A DNA stretch of 64,000 nt from a virus (taxonomy: Duplodnaviria; Caudoviricetes). Below the pieces are notes generated by a model that worked only from the letters and a program-made list of their open reading frames with translations, was not told where the DNA came from and searched no databases. Shown here in pieces: positions 15,686-25,256 of this stretch. How positions within the stretch are numbered: position 1 is the stretch's first letter; every line of letters starts with the position of its first letter. The translations under genes and the position numbers were made by a program. Location of the stretch: IMG/VR virus record IMGVR_UViG_3300028186_000155; one strand, 5' to 3'.

Positions 15686-16023
15686 TGGAATTTCCCCAAG
15701 ATGGCGAGGCCTTGACGATTGACGTTGGTGATCAGGCGCAAAGGGGCACCTTCTTTGTAGGACAGGTTCGGGATGAAAACCGGCACCGTTTTGTAATAGC
15801 CGACGTGGCCTTCCTCACGCGATTCTGCTTGGAAATAAACGTGGTTCACCAGTTCGTTGTACAGCGGCAGAATCCGCGAAATCATGATGCATTTCAGATC
15901 GGGATTATCCAGCTGTTCGTCGGTCGGCAGTTTCCAGCTGTTGGTCCATGCGTTGGTGTGCTCGTACAGGCGATCAGAAATGTGGCAAGGCATCACTTTG
16001 TTGAGGTTGGCGGTGCGGGTCAT
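15682..16023 (-). CDS. Hypothetical protein
   Basis: 4-nt overlaps at both ends. Confidence 0.65.
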   Translation of the reverse strand: MTRTANLNKVMPCHISDRLYEHTNAWTNSWKLPTDEQLDNPDLKCIMISRILPLYNELVNHVYFQAESREEGHVGYYKTVPVFIPNLSYKEGAPLRLITNVNRQGLAILGKFQ

Positions 16024-16301
16024 TTGAAACTCTCCAATTGGTTACGGGTGCCGTCTTGAGAAATCAGGGTGGTTGTTTCGTAGCCGGTTTTTACCAGCGT
16101 GCGCTTGATGGTGAATCTTTCACGCTTCAGCATCCCACGGCGCTGCTGTTCCATGCAGCCAGTTGGCCACACGTTGAGGCTCAACAAAACCTCATGATAA
16201 TCGGCGGAAAGTTCGATCACAGCAGGCCCAAAAATCATGTGGCGGATGAATGCAGCGCGCAGCCGGTCAAATTCTACAGATACGTTTTCTTTACCATCCA
16301 T
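16020..16301 (-). CDS. Hypothetical protein (start uncertain, MDGKEN)
   Basis: Fills operon gap; ATGA overlap downstream. Confidence 0.5.
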   Translation of the reverse strand: MDGKENVSVEFDRLRAAFIRHMIFGPAVIELSADYHEVLLSLNVWPTGCMEQQRRGMLKRERFTIKRTLVKTGYETTTLISQDGTRNQLESFK

Positions 16302-17011
16302 GTGATTGGGTCCGAGTTGTCTGATAGGGCTTTGTGCAGATATTCGTCGGTGTAGACCGGAATACCGCAATAGTCACCAATGTATCCGTTGAAGCTTTTT
16401 TCAACGTTGGCGGCGGTGGCTGTTGCACGCCGGGCAAATTTCGCCATCAAATCTTCATTGGCGTAAAAGTCTGGAACGAACCGGTACGGCAGCAGAATGC
16501 ACTCGACTTTATACGGCCCCTTCACGCCCCACAACGAAAATGGCTTGACGACATTGGCAATATCTTCTGTGCCACCGTCACGCTCAATATGCGCGTAATT
16601 TCTGGCATCTTTGCGTAGGCGATAATACGGCGTGCGTTCCGTTTCCAGTTCGACCGTGAACTGGCCGCCCCACTGCCCGAACAGGCACGGGGAACCAGCC
16701 GGATAGCGGCGATCCTGTGCGGCGAATGCATCGGTGAACAATTCAACCGAATTGCATGTAGCGAAGAAACCACCGCGCATATTTTCTTCGGTCATTGGCG
16801 CCAGCTGAATCGAAGAGTCTTCCAGTGACCAACGGACGATCATTTCGTGATAGCAGGCAGGGACCAAAACGTATGCGGCTTCGTCTGCACAGTGGACAAA
16901 CTCAGATATTCCCCAATCGTTATCCTTCAGGAACAGCGTGTGTCCGTCGCGTGGCAAATCCCAGTAGTTGAATTTGTCAGTTACTGATTTATTCACAGTT
17001 TTCTCACTCAC
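16274..17011 (-). CDS. Protein with two copies of a G..G.p.[YF]TD.[YF] module
   Basis: GFFATCNSVELFTDAF and GYIGDYCGIPVYTDEY. Confidence 0.7.
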   Translation of the reverse strand: MSEKTVNKSVTDKFNYWDLPRDGHTLFLKDNDWGISEFVHCADEAAYVLVPACYHEMIVRWSLEDSSIQLAPMTEENMRGGFFATCNSVELFTDAFAAQDRRYPAGSPCLFGQWGGQFTVELETERTPYYRLRKDARNYAHIERDGGTEDIANVVKPFSLWGVKGPYKVECILLPYRFVPDFYANEDLMAKFARRATATAANVEKSFNGYIGDYCGIPVYTDEYLHKALSDNSDPITWMVKKTYL

Positions 17012-17460
17012 AGAAAATAGTCGGACAGGTAAGCCTGCGACTGCTTCATTTCTACCTTGTACGGCGTGGGGTCTTGCTCGCAGCTATCGTGGAATTCATC
17101 CCACTTCCACCACAGAACATCGACCAGCCCTTTAGGGGAACCACGGTTCACATAACGTTTGTTGTAATCGAATTTCAGATCACGCGAAGGCCAGAACAAA
17201 ACGTAGGGCAGGCCTGCATTGCGCAACTGTTCGCGCAGCACATCCCACGACGGCAACAAAACGGTAGTGCCCGGAATGGCCAACGACTGGTCAATCAGGC
17301 GCATATATTCCGCCATGTTGAATTTCAGATCCGGGCGATCCAGATCGATAAACGACATGTTGTTTTCTGTGAGTTTGCTTTTGCCGACGCCGGGATATGC
17401 AACGATGATGCGCACGCCCAAAGGCATCCGAAACTCTTCAGGCGTAAGGGTATTCGTCAC
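17008..17460 (-). CDS. Small P-loop kinase/NTPase (NMP-kinase-like)
   Basis: IIVAYPGVGKS Walker A, FIDLD, R...RG lid. Confidence 0.75.
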   Translation of the reverse strand: MTNTLTPEEFRMPLGVRIIVAYPGVGKSKLTENNMSFIDLDRPDLKFNMAEYMRLIDQSLAIPGTTVLLPSWDVLREQLRNAGLPYVLFWPSRDLKFDYNKRYVNRGSPKGLVDVLWWKWDEFHDSCEQDPTPYKVEMKQSQAYLSDYFL

Positions 17461-17842
17461 GATATTCTTCCTTTTCTATCAACAAAATTCTGTAAGGGCC
17501 TTCAGGAACATCAGGCAGCATATGCGGTTGCAAAATGTATTTAGGATATTCGGGGCCGTGGTACGCAAGAAACCATGGTGTGCCGTTTGCGTTCATGACC
17601 AGCACACATTCTTCGGTAGGCCATTCGGCTTGCACCCGGCTGGTTACGCGCATTCCGTTTTCTCGCGCAATTTTCCAAGCCGTTTGGTGCACATCGGCCA
17701 CCGGCATGTAATCAAGTTTCCTGCGTATTTCATACGAAAAAGCATCAGCTTCTTTTTCTCGGCGCCAGTCACGTTGAAACTTACAATCGACCAACGCAAA
17801 CGCATACGCACAGCCCAAACTAAACGCCGCGACCGGCAGCAT
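17438..17842 (-). CDS. Hypothetical protein with hydrophobic N-terminus
   Basis: TAATG coupling. Confidence 0.6.
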   Translation of the reverse strand: MLPVAAFSLGCAYAFALVDCKFQRDWRREKEADAFSYEIRRKLDYMPVADVHQTAWKIARENGMRVTSRVQAEWPTEECVLVMNANGTPWFLAYHGPEYPKYILQPHMLPDVPEGPYRILLIEKEEYRDEYPYA

Positions 17843-18258
17843 TAGTGCAGCGTCTCGCCGTCTGATTCAGGCCGGGCAATTCCCATGGCGGTCAAAATCA
17901 GCAATTTCTGATCCGGGTTATTGGTTGGGGAAACCGAGGGGTCCGGCGACATGGATTGACCACTACACATTGCGCCCAGTACAGGCGTATCACCGGGCAG
18001 GCTGAAGAACAGCGCATCACGCCCGTCAAAATCCGCCATGAATTCGTTATACGTTGCATCACGCCCGAAAATCTGCCGGTAGTTTCCCACTGCAATTTCG
18101 TAGGCACGGGCGAAAATCGTATCGTGGTCGTACTGCGCCAGTTCCTCGGTTACGCCACGCAGATAGGCCTGATCGGCGTCGGCTTTGCCGCACAGCAGGG
18201 TCAACGCGAATGCCACGGTTCCGATTGGCAATTCCGTGGCGAATTTAACTCCGTTCAT
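17842..18258 (-). CDS. Hypothetical protein
   Basis: Coupled overlaps at both ends. Confidence 0.65.
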   Translation of the reverse strand: MNGVKFATELPIGTVAFALTLLCGKADADQAYLRGVTEELAQYDHDTIFARAYEIAVGNYRQIFGRDATYNEFMADFDGRDALFFSLPGDTPVLGAMCSGQSMSPDPSVSPTNNPDQKLLILTAMGIARPESDGETLH

Positions 18259-18629
18259 TTCACAATCCTTAACGGTTGGTGCACGATGGTAATTGGTGGG
18301 TTAAGGCGGTCGTCGTGTCCCGCATAACATTCATTAAAATTCGGGTAACGCTGATTGCCTTCCGAGAATGCGTCGGTGTAAATGTGCACACCGTGTTTGA
18401 TTCCCACAGGCCATTCACCGGACGCAAACATAACCATGTCGCTAACTGTGCTGATGATATTCCCTTGGAGGATCAAACCACGCCAGTGCACAACAGGAAT
18501 AAACACTGCCTGCTTATCCTTTACGGTTTCCCAAAAAGTATCCAGCTTGAGGCCAAGCGGCGGGCGCCACTCGGTCCTCATGCCTTTCAAATTGCGGAAC
18601 CGGAATGGATCTTCTACCGGTCTAGACAT
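18255..18629 (-). CDS. Protein with one G...G.h.YTDAF module
   Basis: VGIKHGVHIYTDAF, related to the modules in 16274..17011. Confidence 0.65.
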   Translation of the reverse strand: MSRPVEDPFRFRNLKGMRTEWRPPLGLKLDTFWETVKDKQAVFIPVVHWRGLILQGNIISTVSDMVMFASGEWPVGIKHGVHIYTDAFSEGNQRYPNFNECYAGHDDRLNPPITIVHQPLRIVK

Positions 18630-19889
18630 TTAGTTTCCTGCAATTGGTGCTTTGATCGATTCATAGGATTCGTAACCGACCAGATTCACGTCTTCGACTC
18701 GGATATTCAGAATCGAATTGACCGGGCCACAGGTGATTTCCAGTTGCGGCGCCTTGTGGATGATCGGACGCGAAAGCTGTTCGCGAACCTGATCCTGATG
18801 GTTTGCGTAAATGTGCGCGTCACCCTCGGTCACATGGAAATAACGGGCAGTCAAACCATGCGCATGCGCCAGCATGTGGGTGAGCATTGCATACTGCGCA
18901 ACGTTGAACGGCATTCCGAGGAAAATGTCATTCGAACGCAGGAACAGTTTGCAGTCGAGGTAGTATTTACCGTTTTCATCTTTTTGGCTGCTGACGTACC
19001 ACTGTGCCAGCGTGTGGCAAGGCGGCAACGACATTTCGTCCAGCTGTGCAACGTTCCAGCCTGTCAGAATGATGCGACGACCACCGCTGTGTTTTGCAAT
19101 CTCGCCGTTATGGAAACGGATTTCGTTAAAGATCGCATCCTCAACCATTTCAATCTGGTCAACTTCACGACGAATAACGATTTGGTTGGAGTCTTCAAAC
19201 CCGGTGTAACGGAAATTGCGGGCGCCCCATTTTTTGAAGAAATCGTCGTTGTACGCACCAGCAGCCGGGATGATCCGAATGTCTTCCCACGTGCGCCACT
19301 GCTTGCCGTAGATCGGACCCAAATCGCCGTCAACCAATTGCTTGTCTGGAATTCCCCAGTTATTCAGCTTGTTGCTCAACGCTTCTTCAATTTCAATGGA
19401 ATCTTTGGTGGGCTGTTGCGCCAGCACTTCAGCACGGAATGCATTGAACTGTTCACGCTGCTGGGGAGACAGCATTTTGATGCGGTCTTCGTTCCAGATT
19501 TTTCCGTAAACCTCGGTGCCCGGTTTGACGTTCTGGTCCCAAATCCGCACGCCCTGTTCTTTCAGCGTTTTCAGATCGAATTTGCCTTTGAGCATCCAAT
19601 CAATCGTTTCGATTTTCATGGTTTTGAATGCGAGTTTCTTGCCGGTGATTGCGCAGAAATTCCGGCGCAAATCAAATTTCATGTTCACGTCACCGAACAG
19701 GCTGATGGTGCCGGTTTTGGTGCGGTCGTCGCGGCGCTCGCCCTCTTCCAGAATGCGTTGGAGCCAGTAGTTGTATTGGTGATCGAATTGGTTATCCCAA
19801 AACGAAACTTCCTCGGGACCGCTGGCCGGTGCTTCGCCCTGCGTGCGGAAATAGTCGTGGCGCCCGTTGTAATCGATACCGTCACTCAT
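18630..19889 (-). CDS. thyA: Thymidylate synthase with insertions
   Basis: DRTKTGT, GDLGPIYGKQWR, RRII, LPPCH, RSND.FLG.PFN, GDAHIY.NH. Confidence 0.95.
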   Translation of the reverse strand: MSDGIDYNGRHDYFRTQGEAPASGPEEVSFWDNQFDHQYNYWLQRILEEGERRDDRTKTGTISLFGDVNMKFDLRRNFCAITGKKLAFKTMKIETIDWMLKGKFDLKTLKEQGVRIWDQNVKPGTEVYGKIWNEDRIKMLSPQQREQFNAFRAEVLAQQPTKDSIEIEEALSNKLNNWGIPDKQLVDGDLGPIYGKQWRTWEDIRIIPAAGAYNDDFFKKWGARNFRYTGFEDSNQIVIRREVDQIEMVEDAIFNEIRFHNGEIAKHSGGRRIILTGWNVAQLDEMSLPPCHTLAQWYVSSQKDENGKYYLDCKLFLRSNDIFLGMPFNVAQYAMLTHMLAHAHGLTARYFHVTEGDAHIYANHQDQVREQLSRPIIHKAPQLEITCGPVNSILNIRVEDVNLVGYESYESIKAPIAGN

Positions 19890-19920
19890 TTAAAACGTCT
19901 CCTTTGCTGCCTGTTGTGAG

Positions 19921-19928
19921 TAATTTAA
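19921..19928 (+). promoter_or_regulatory. Candidate late promoter TAATTTAA
   Basis: In the 84-nt divergent gap directly ahead of the baseplate operon. Confidence 0.55.
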
Positions 19929-19973
19929 CGTATATGCATTGTTTACAGTATTCCACGCACGGGGGAACCACGC

Positions 19974-20267
19974 ATGGGACAACCTAACGTTCGACTCAAC
20001 ACCGACAAATCCAGCGGGCACGGCTGCTGGCCTCCCACGCTGCCTGTAGCGGCCTCGATGAATGTTTTTTGCAACGGTTTGGCCGAGGTGCGGGTAGGTG
20101 ATGCCTACATGACGCATTGCTGCCCCTCGAAAGGCTGTCACCAAGGCAAAGCAGCAACCGGCGCCGTGCGCACGTTCACCAATGGGCGGTTAGTTCACAC
20201 GCTGGGCGGCGCCATTGATTGCGGCGACTTCGCACAGAACGGCAGCCCCAACGTTTTTTCGGGATAA
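19974..20267 (+). CDS. PAAR-family spike tip protein (T4 gp5.4-like)
   Basis: D..SGHGC.PP, S.NVF.NG, RVGD...H.C, H, CGD....GSPNVF. Confidence 0.9.
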   Translation: MGQPNVRLNTDKSSGHGCWPPTLPVAASMNVFCNGLAEVRVGDAYMTHCCPSKGCHQGKAATGAVRTFTNGRLVHTLGGAIDCGDFAQNGSPNVFSG

Positions 20268-20270
20268 ACC

Positions 20271-20657
20271 ATGGCACAGAAAACTTACAAATATTCGGAC
20301 GTAAACCTTTACGCCGACCGCACACAAAAGGCCGTGGTTTTCGATGAAGATTCGGTCAACCAAAATATCATGATGATCCTCACGACGCCGATCCGAAGTG
20401 CGTGGTTTAACCCGTCAATCGGTTGCCTGATTCAGGAACTGCTGTTCGATCAGGTGGACGATATCACCGCCGACAAAATCAAAGATGAAATCACCAGCGT
20501 TCTCCCACGCAACATGGAAACGCGGGTAATTGTTACGGGCTGCGTTGTGACGCCGATGCCTGACGACAATATGTATTACGTGGCTCTGCGCTACGACGCG
20601 CCAGACCTCAACAAAACGGCCATTGTTTTTAACTTCAACCTCGGTATGTCATTATGA
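20271..20657 (+). CDS. Baseplate wedge/sheath initiator, gp25-like
   Basis: SVNQNI..IL.TP...FNP.IGC.I..LLF, E.RV. Confidence 0.9.
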   Translation: MAQKTYKYSDVNLYADRTQKAVVFDEDSVNQNIMMILTTPIRSAWFNPSIGCLIQELLFDQVDDITADKIKDEITSVLPRNMETRVIVTGCVVTPMPDDNMYYVALRYDAPDLNKTAIVFNFNLGMSL

Positions 20658-22111
20658 GTGATCGTGATATTTTCCCCACGTCGATTGTCGATATCGATGA
20701 AGCTGCGCTTTTCTTTGCAGAAAAGTTGAAAGAATCGGGCGCTTGGGATGACATGCTGCCCACTAACGTTGGTGCCCACATTCAGCGTATTTGGTCCGGT
20801 TCTGCCGTGGGCCATCAGCACGCAATTCAGATGGCGGCACGTAACGCATTTTTCCAGACTGCAAATCGGGATACCTCGATCTACGCGCTGACCCGTGGCC
20901 ACGGTGTTTTCATGGCCCGGCGTGCAGGTGCCTCGGCAACTGTGAAAATGCGCAACGGCTACCAAAGCACCATGTTTGTTCCGCCCTTCAGCCAGCACGT
21001 TGTTGGTTCGGTGCCGTTCTACAATCCGACGCAGTATTACGTGATTTCCGGTCAAGAAACTGAAACCATTTTGAGCCAAGGCACGGTCAAAACCAAAACG
21101 TTTGACCTCGACACAATCGACAATCTCGACCTGTACGAATTCCTGCTGGGTGAGCCGGGTTTCAACGTGAGTGCAGAACTCTACGTTTACACCACCGACA
21201 AAAACACGGGCAACACCCGCAATTGGGAAGAAACCCAAAAGGGCATGTACGAATACACGGCGGATGATTTCGTGTATTTCCATAGCACCACAGCCAACGG
21301 TGATGTATCGCTGATTTTCGGCACTGGCGAATATGGTGCACGCCTGCCACGTAAAACCACGCTGACCATCCGTTACGTGACGAACGAAGGCACCAAACAC
21401 AACGAAATTTTGAGCGGTGTGCGTACTACCTTTGTGGCCCAGCCAATGATTCAGGGCGAAACCACGGAAACCACCGAGGGCGGCGCAGATCCCAAACCTG
21501 CATCGTTTTATCGCCAGTATGCGCCTGTGCTGTACCGGGCAAAAGACAAGCTGATCAGTCACGAAGATATCGCGGCTGCTGTGAAACTTTATCCGGGCGT
21601 TGCGGACTGTGCTGTTTTGGGCCAGCGGGATATCGCACCAGAAGACAAAACGTGGATGAACACAATCCGCATTTGTGTGCTGCCGCGTAACACGCCAACT
21701 TGGGGCGGTGCTAACCCGAACCCTAAATCGGCATCGTGGCAAAACTTTATCAAATGGTTGGGGCCAAAACTGCATGGCAACCTCGAAGTTCAAGCGTGGA
21801 ACCCTACGCAAGTTTTCGTGAAGGTTCAGGTGCAGATTGCGTTCTTTGCCTACGCAGCCGCCGATATCGATAAGCTGGTGCAGACCATCGAGGAACGCAT
21901 CTACAAACTGTTCGAAAAACGTCACGGAATTCTCAAACGTCGTGTGTCGAAATCCGACATTGAAAAAGCCTGCCGAATCGACGGTGTGGACTATATCGAA
22001 GTGCTCAGCCCTACCGAACGTTCGATCATTCTGGATGATCCGACTTCCTATTGTGTGCTGGCAGAAAAGCCGTTGATTATCCCTTCCATTTCGGAGCGGA
22101 ATGATGAATAA
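20654..22111 (+). CDS. Baseplate wedge protein, gp6/baseplate J-like
   Basis: F.QTA....SI, FG.GEYG..P, GGADP......R..AP..Y..., D....V..YPGV. Confidence 0.85.
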   Translation: MSDRDIFPTSIVDIDEAALFFAEKLKESGAWDDMLPTNVGAHIQRIWSGSAVGHQHAIQMAARNAFFQTANRDTSIYALTRGHGVFMARRAGASATVKMRNGYQSTMFVPPFSQHVVGSVPFYNPTQYYVISGQETETILSQGTVKTKTFDLDTIDNLDLYEFLLGEPGFNVSAELYVYTTDKNTGNTRNWEETQKGMYEYTADDFVYFHSTTANGDVSLIFGTGEYGARLPRKTTLTIRYVTNEGTKHNEILSGVRTTFVAQPMIQGETTETTEGGADPKPASFYRQYAPVLYRAKDKLISHEDIAAAVKLYPGVADCAVLGQRDIAPEDKTWMNTIRICVLPRNTPTWGGANPNPKSASWQNFIKWLGPKLHGNLEVQAWNPTQVFVKVQVQIAFFAYAAADIDKLVQTIEERIYKLFEKRHGILKRRVSKSDIEKACRIDGVDYIEVLSPTERSIILDDPTSYCVLAEKPLIIPSISERNDE

Positions 22112-25100
22112 GATTGATTTTTCCGAACTCGATATTGAGTTCATCCGGTCACAGCCGATTTGGGCCGCACTGCTGGAAGCGATCCAAGAATTTGTGACGG
22201 TGCAAGTGCGTGACCCGCTGCAACAAGTTTTGGATATTCGCGACCTGTCGGCCCAAACGCCACAAGTTTTCATGAAACAGGCAATTGCCGACCTCGGTAT
22301 CACGTTGCCGCCTGACCTCGTTGTCGATCCAGAACGTTTGTACAATTCCGCGTACATGCTGCCATTGATCCACCAAGTAACAGGCCTCGATTCCGCCACG
22401 CGGATGATTGCCTATCTGCTGGGTCGCCGGGTTGTTTCTTACGAACTTTACACCGAAGATTATGTGACGTTTTACGAAGAGCCGCTGGGTGCCCTGCGTA
22501 TCGACGGCGGCACGTGGTACAAGGTGACGCATATCAATCTGGAAATGCAGAAAATTCCTGCTGACCAGAATATCGTGCTGCCTACCGGAACCACGCTCAA
22601 AGACAAATTTTTGTCTGCATTCTGGTCGCTGGCGCCAATCAATCTGGTGATCGACCAATTCTTCTTCAGCATTGAAGTGGAAAACCAAGAAGATTTCGGC
22701 CTTCAGGGCGTGGTGTATCGCCAGCCCGTTCGCCGGTTGGTGGCCGATGCGGATTATTCGTTGGAAAATGCTGTTTTCACCATCGAAGGTCCAGACTCGG
22801 TGAACAGCGGGGAATCCGCAACCTATCGGGTTATGGCAAAGCATCAGGAATTCGAAACCAACGAATGGACCTCGACCGCTCCGGGCCTTGTTTCGGTCAA
22901 TCAGGGGCATGCCAGTTTCTCGGGTTTTGAAACCGATTCGCTAGTTACCTTGAGCGCCACCATTCGCGGGCAAACCATCACCAAAAACGTGAATGTTTGG
23001 ATCGGCATGCAGGATATTCGCATGCTTGAAATCATTGGCCCCGATGAATTGCTCTCGACGCAAACCGGTGACTATGCGGTGGTCGTGCACCACTCGACGG
23101 GTTCTGATGTAATTCCGGTGGACCTGAAGGTTTTGTCGCCGTTCGCTTACTTCGTGGGTAACACGCTGCACGGGCGTAACCTGACAGCGGATCAGGAAGT
23201 GATTATTCACTGCAAAACTACGATCAACCAAATCGAATACCCGGCATCCAAACACGTCAAACTGAAATACGTTGATCCGTCCGTTTATTTGACTGCGCTT
23301 TCTATCAGCGGTGAGAACCGTTTGAAAGAAGGTTCGGCCACGCAAATGTACGCAACCGCGCATTTCTCGGACGGTTCCAGCGTTGATGTTATTTCCGATT
23401 GGAAGTGCACCAGCCCCGTCGCAGAAATCGACAACGGTCTGGTTTCTACCCGGCTTGTTTCGGGTGAAACGACTGCACAAATCACGGCGCAATATGGTTT
23501 CCGCCAAGTGGTTATGGAAGCCCAGCACGATATCACGGTTTATCCTGAATTCTTGCAGCTGGCGGAACTGGTCATTATCGGTCCTAGCACCGTGAATGAA
23601 ATGGAAAAGGCCAGTTATACCTGCATGGCCGTAATGTCTGATGGTTCCTCGACCACCGTGGTTCCCGAATGGTTTACCACCGAGTTTTCCATTACGCCAC
23701 AAGGCACGCTGTACGCGGGTATGGTGCGCGATCAACTCAATGCGGAAATTCGTGCACAATATCAGGGAATTACTCAGGTATTCCCAGTGACCATTCAGCG
23801 CCCAGCCGTTACGCTGCAACAGTTGCTGATCATGGGGCCGGATTCGGTACGTGTTGGAAATATCAACACCTATCTGGCATACGCGCAGTACACCGACGGG
23901 CGCATTATCCCCATTCAGCCGATTTGGGCACTCAATCCAGAAATGGACTGGGCAACCTTGATCGATGGGGAATTGCTGATTGACGAACCGGAAGAATCGT
24001 TGATCAACCTGCAAATTTCCTATGTGGAAAACGGGCGTTCTTACCAGCAGACGAAAACCATTGTTTGCCAGTCTACGCGCAACAGCATTACCGGCCTTCT
24101 GATCACTGGCCCTGACGCAGTTGATTCGCTGGATCGAATCGTTTTGACCGCGACCGCAATGTATGAAGATGGTTCTTTTGCCACGGTGCATCCGCAGTGG
24201 GAAATCTACACGCTCGATACCAATGCCGATTTTGTGGCTGCTGATATTGGCGGTTATGGCGTGGTTACTGGGCGCCCGGTTGATTACGATATGCAGGTTA
24301 TGGTGCGTGCGACGTATTTCCGCGAAGTGGCGGAATATCCGGTGACTGTGCGTTATGTGGCGCCCAAAGGCCCTGACGTTCCGGTATCAAGTCGTATCAT
24401 TGGCAATTCCGTGATTTACTCGACACAAATTGCCTCGTTTAGCCAAGCGATTCTGTTCAAAAACTGCACCAATGAATTGTTGGTTAGTAGCGATTGGACG
24501 GTCGATAACGAAAACGTAATTGTCGATGAAAACGGCTTCGTTACCTGCAAACTGAATCAGGATCTACAGTTCACCATTACTGCCGTTTGGTCGTGTGGTG
24601 GCTATACCGTTACTGACAGCATGGCGGTTACGGTGGTGCCGGTCGATGCGGCTTATATCGGCCTTGGAATCACTGGCCCCGACACAATTCAAATCGGGGT
24701 AAAAGAGCGATTCAGTGCCGAAGCCTACACACCAGATACCGGCATTGTGGCGGGCCAAGGAATCAACGTTACGCCGCAATGGCAAATCATTACCGACGCA
24801 TTGAATTTGCACATGTTTGCCGATGGTAACGTGCTGGTGCAGGGCGCGGTAGTAAATCAAACGTTTACCATTGCTGCTGAATTCACCTACGAAAACACCG
24901 TGGTGCAAGGAACTAAAACCGTGCTGGTCTTGGGTAGTGGTCCGGTTTATTGCACAGGGCAGGCAGAAGTGGTGGATGATTACGGCACGCTGTTTGAACA
25001 AGCAATCGGTGTTTCCGACGATTCGTTCCGTGATGATTTCGTGGGCTACGGTTATTTCATGGTGCCAACTGTTTTCGGTCCTGTGAAGTTTATCGACGTG

Positions 25101-25256
25101 GCGACTAATACCGAAATGGGCTGGGCGGGGCCGGATGGTTCCAGTATTCCAGCAGTGCACAAACAAACGCAAAACGGAGTCGAGGTTAGCTGGTACGTTT
25201 ACCGCACCGTTGGCCACGATTTGGGGCAGAAATCCTACAGGGTTACATACGGATGA
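22101..25256 (+). CDS. Baseplate wedge protein (gp7/P2-I-like N-terminus) with 8 tandem Ig-like domains
   Basis: Position after J-like gene; eight L.I.Gp..v repeats with W-containing strands. Confidence 0.7.
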   Translation: MMNKIDFSELDIEFIRSQPIWAALLEAIQEFVTVQVRDPLQQVLDIRDLSAQTPQVFMKQAIADLGITLPPDLVVDPERLYNSAYMLPLIHQVTGLDSATRMIAYLLGRRVVSYELYTEDYVTFYEEPLGALRIDGGTWYKVTHINLEMQKIPADQNIVLPTGTTLKDKFLSAFWSLAPINLVIDQFFFSIEVENQEDFGLQGVVYRQPVRRLVADADYSLENAVFTIEGPDSVNSGESATYRVMAKHQEFETNEWTSTAPGLVSVNQGHASFSGFETDSLVTLSATIRGQTITKNVNVWIGMQDIRMLEIIGPDELLSTQTGDYAVVVHHSTGSDVIPVDLKVLSPFAYFVGNTLHGRNLTADQEVIIHCKTTINQIEYPASKHVKLKYVDPSVYLTALSISGENRLKEGSATQMYATAHFSDGSSVDVISDWKCTSPVAEIDNGLVSTRLVSGETTAQITAQYGFRQVVMEAQHDITVYPEFLQLAELVIIGPSTVNEMEKASYTCMAVMSDGSSTTVVPEWFTTEFSITPQGTLYAGMVRDQLNAEIRAQYQGITQVFPVTIQRPAVTLQQLLIMGPDSVRVGNINTYLAYAQYTDGRIIPIQPIWALNPEMDWATLIDGELLIDEPEESLINLQISYVENGRSYQQTKTIVCQSTRNSITGLLITGPDAVDSLDRIVLTATAMYEDGSFATVHPQWEIYTLDTNADFVAADIGGYGVVTGRPVDYDMQVMVRATYFREVAEYPVTVRYVAPKGPDVPVSSRIIGNSVIYSTQIASFSQAILFKNCTNELLVSSDWTVDNENVIVDENGFVTCKLNQDLQFTITAVWSCGGYTVTDSMAVTVVPVDAAYIGLGITGPDTIQIGVKERFSAEAYTPDTGIVAGQGINVTPQWQIITDALNLHMFADGNVLVQGAVVNQTFTIAAEFTYENTVVQGTKTVLVLGSGPVYCTGQAEVVDDYGTLFEQAIGVSDDSFRDDFVGYGYFMVPTVFGPVKFIDVATNTEMGWAGPDGSSIPAVHKQTQNGVEVSWYVYRTVGHDLGQKSYRVTYG

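Noticed and set aside
18630-19889. dCMP hydroxymethylase or other base-modification enzyme
   Set aside because: Keeps the dUMP-specific Asn (PFN) and canonical ThyA motifs, with DHFR nearby
19974-22111. PAAR/gp25/J genes as a bacterial T6SS or tailocin locus
   Set aside because: No Tss membrane complex or ClpV; the surroundings are phage genes throughout
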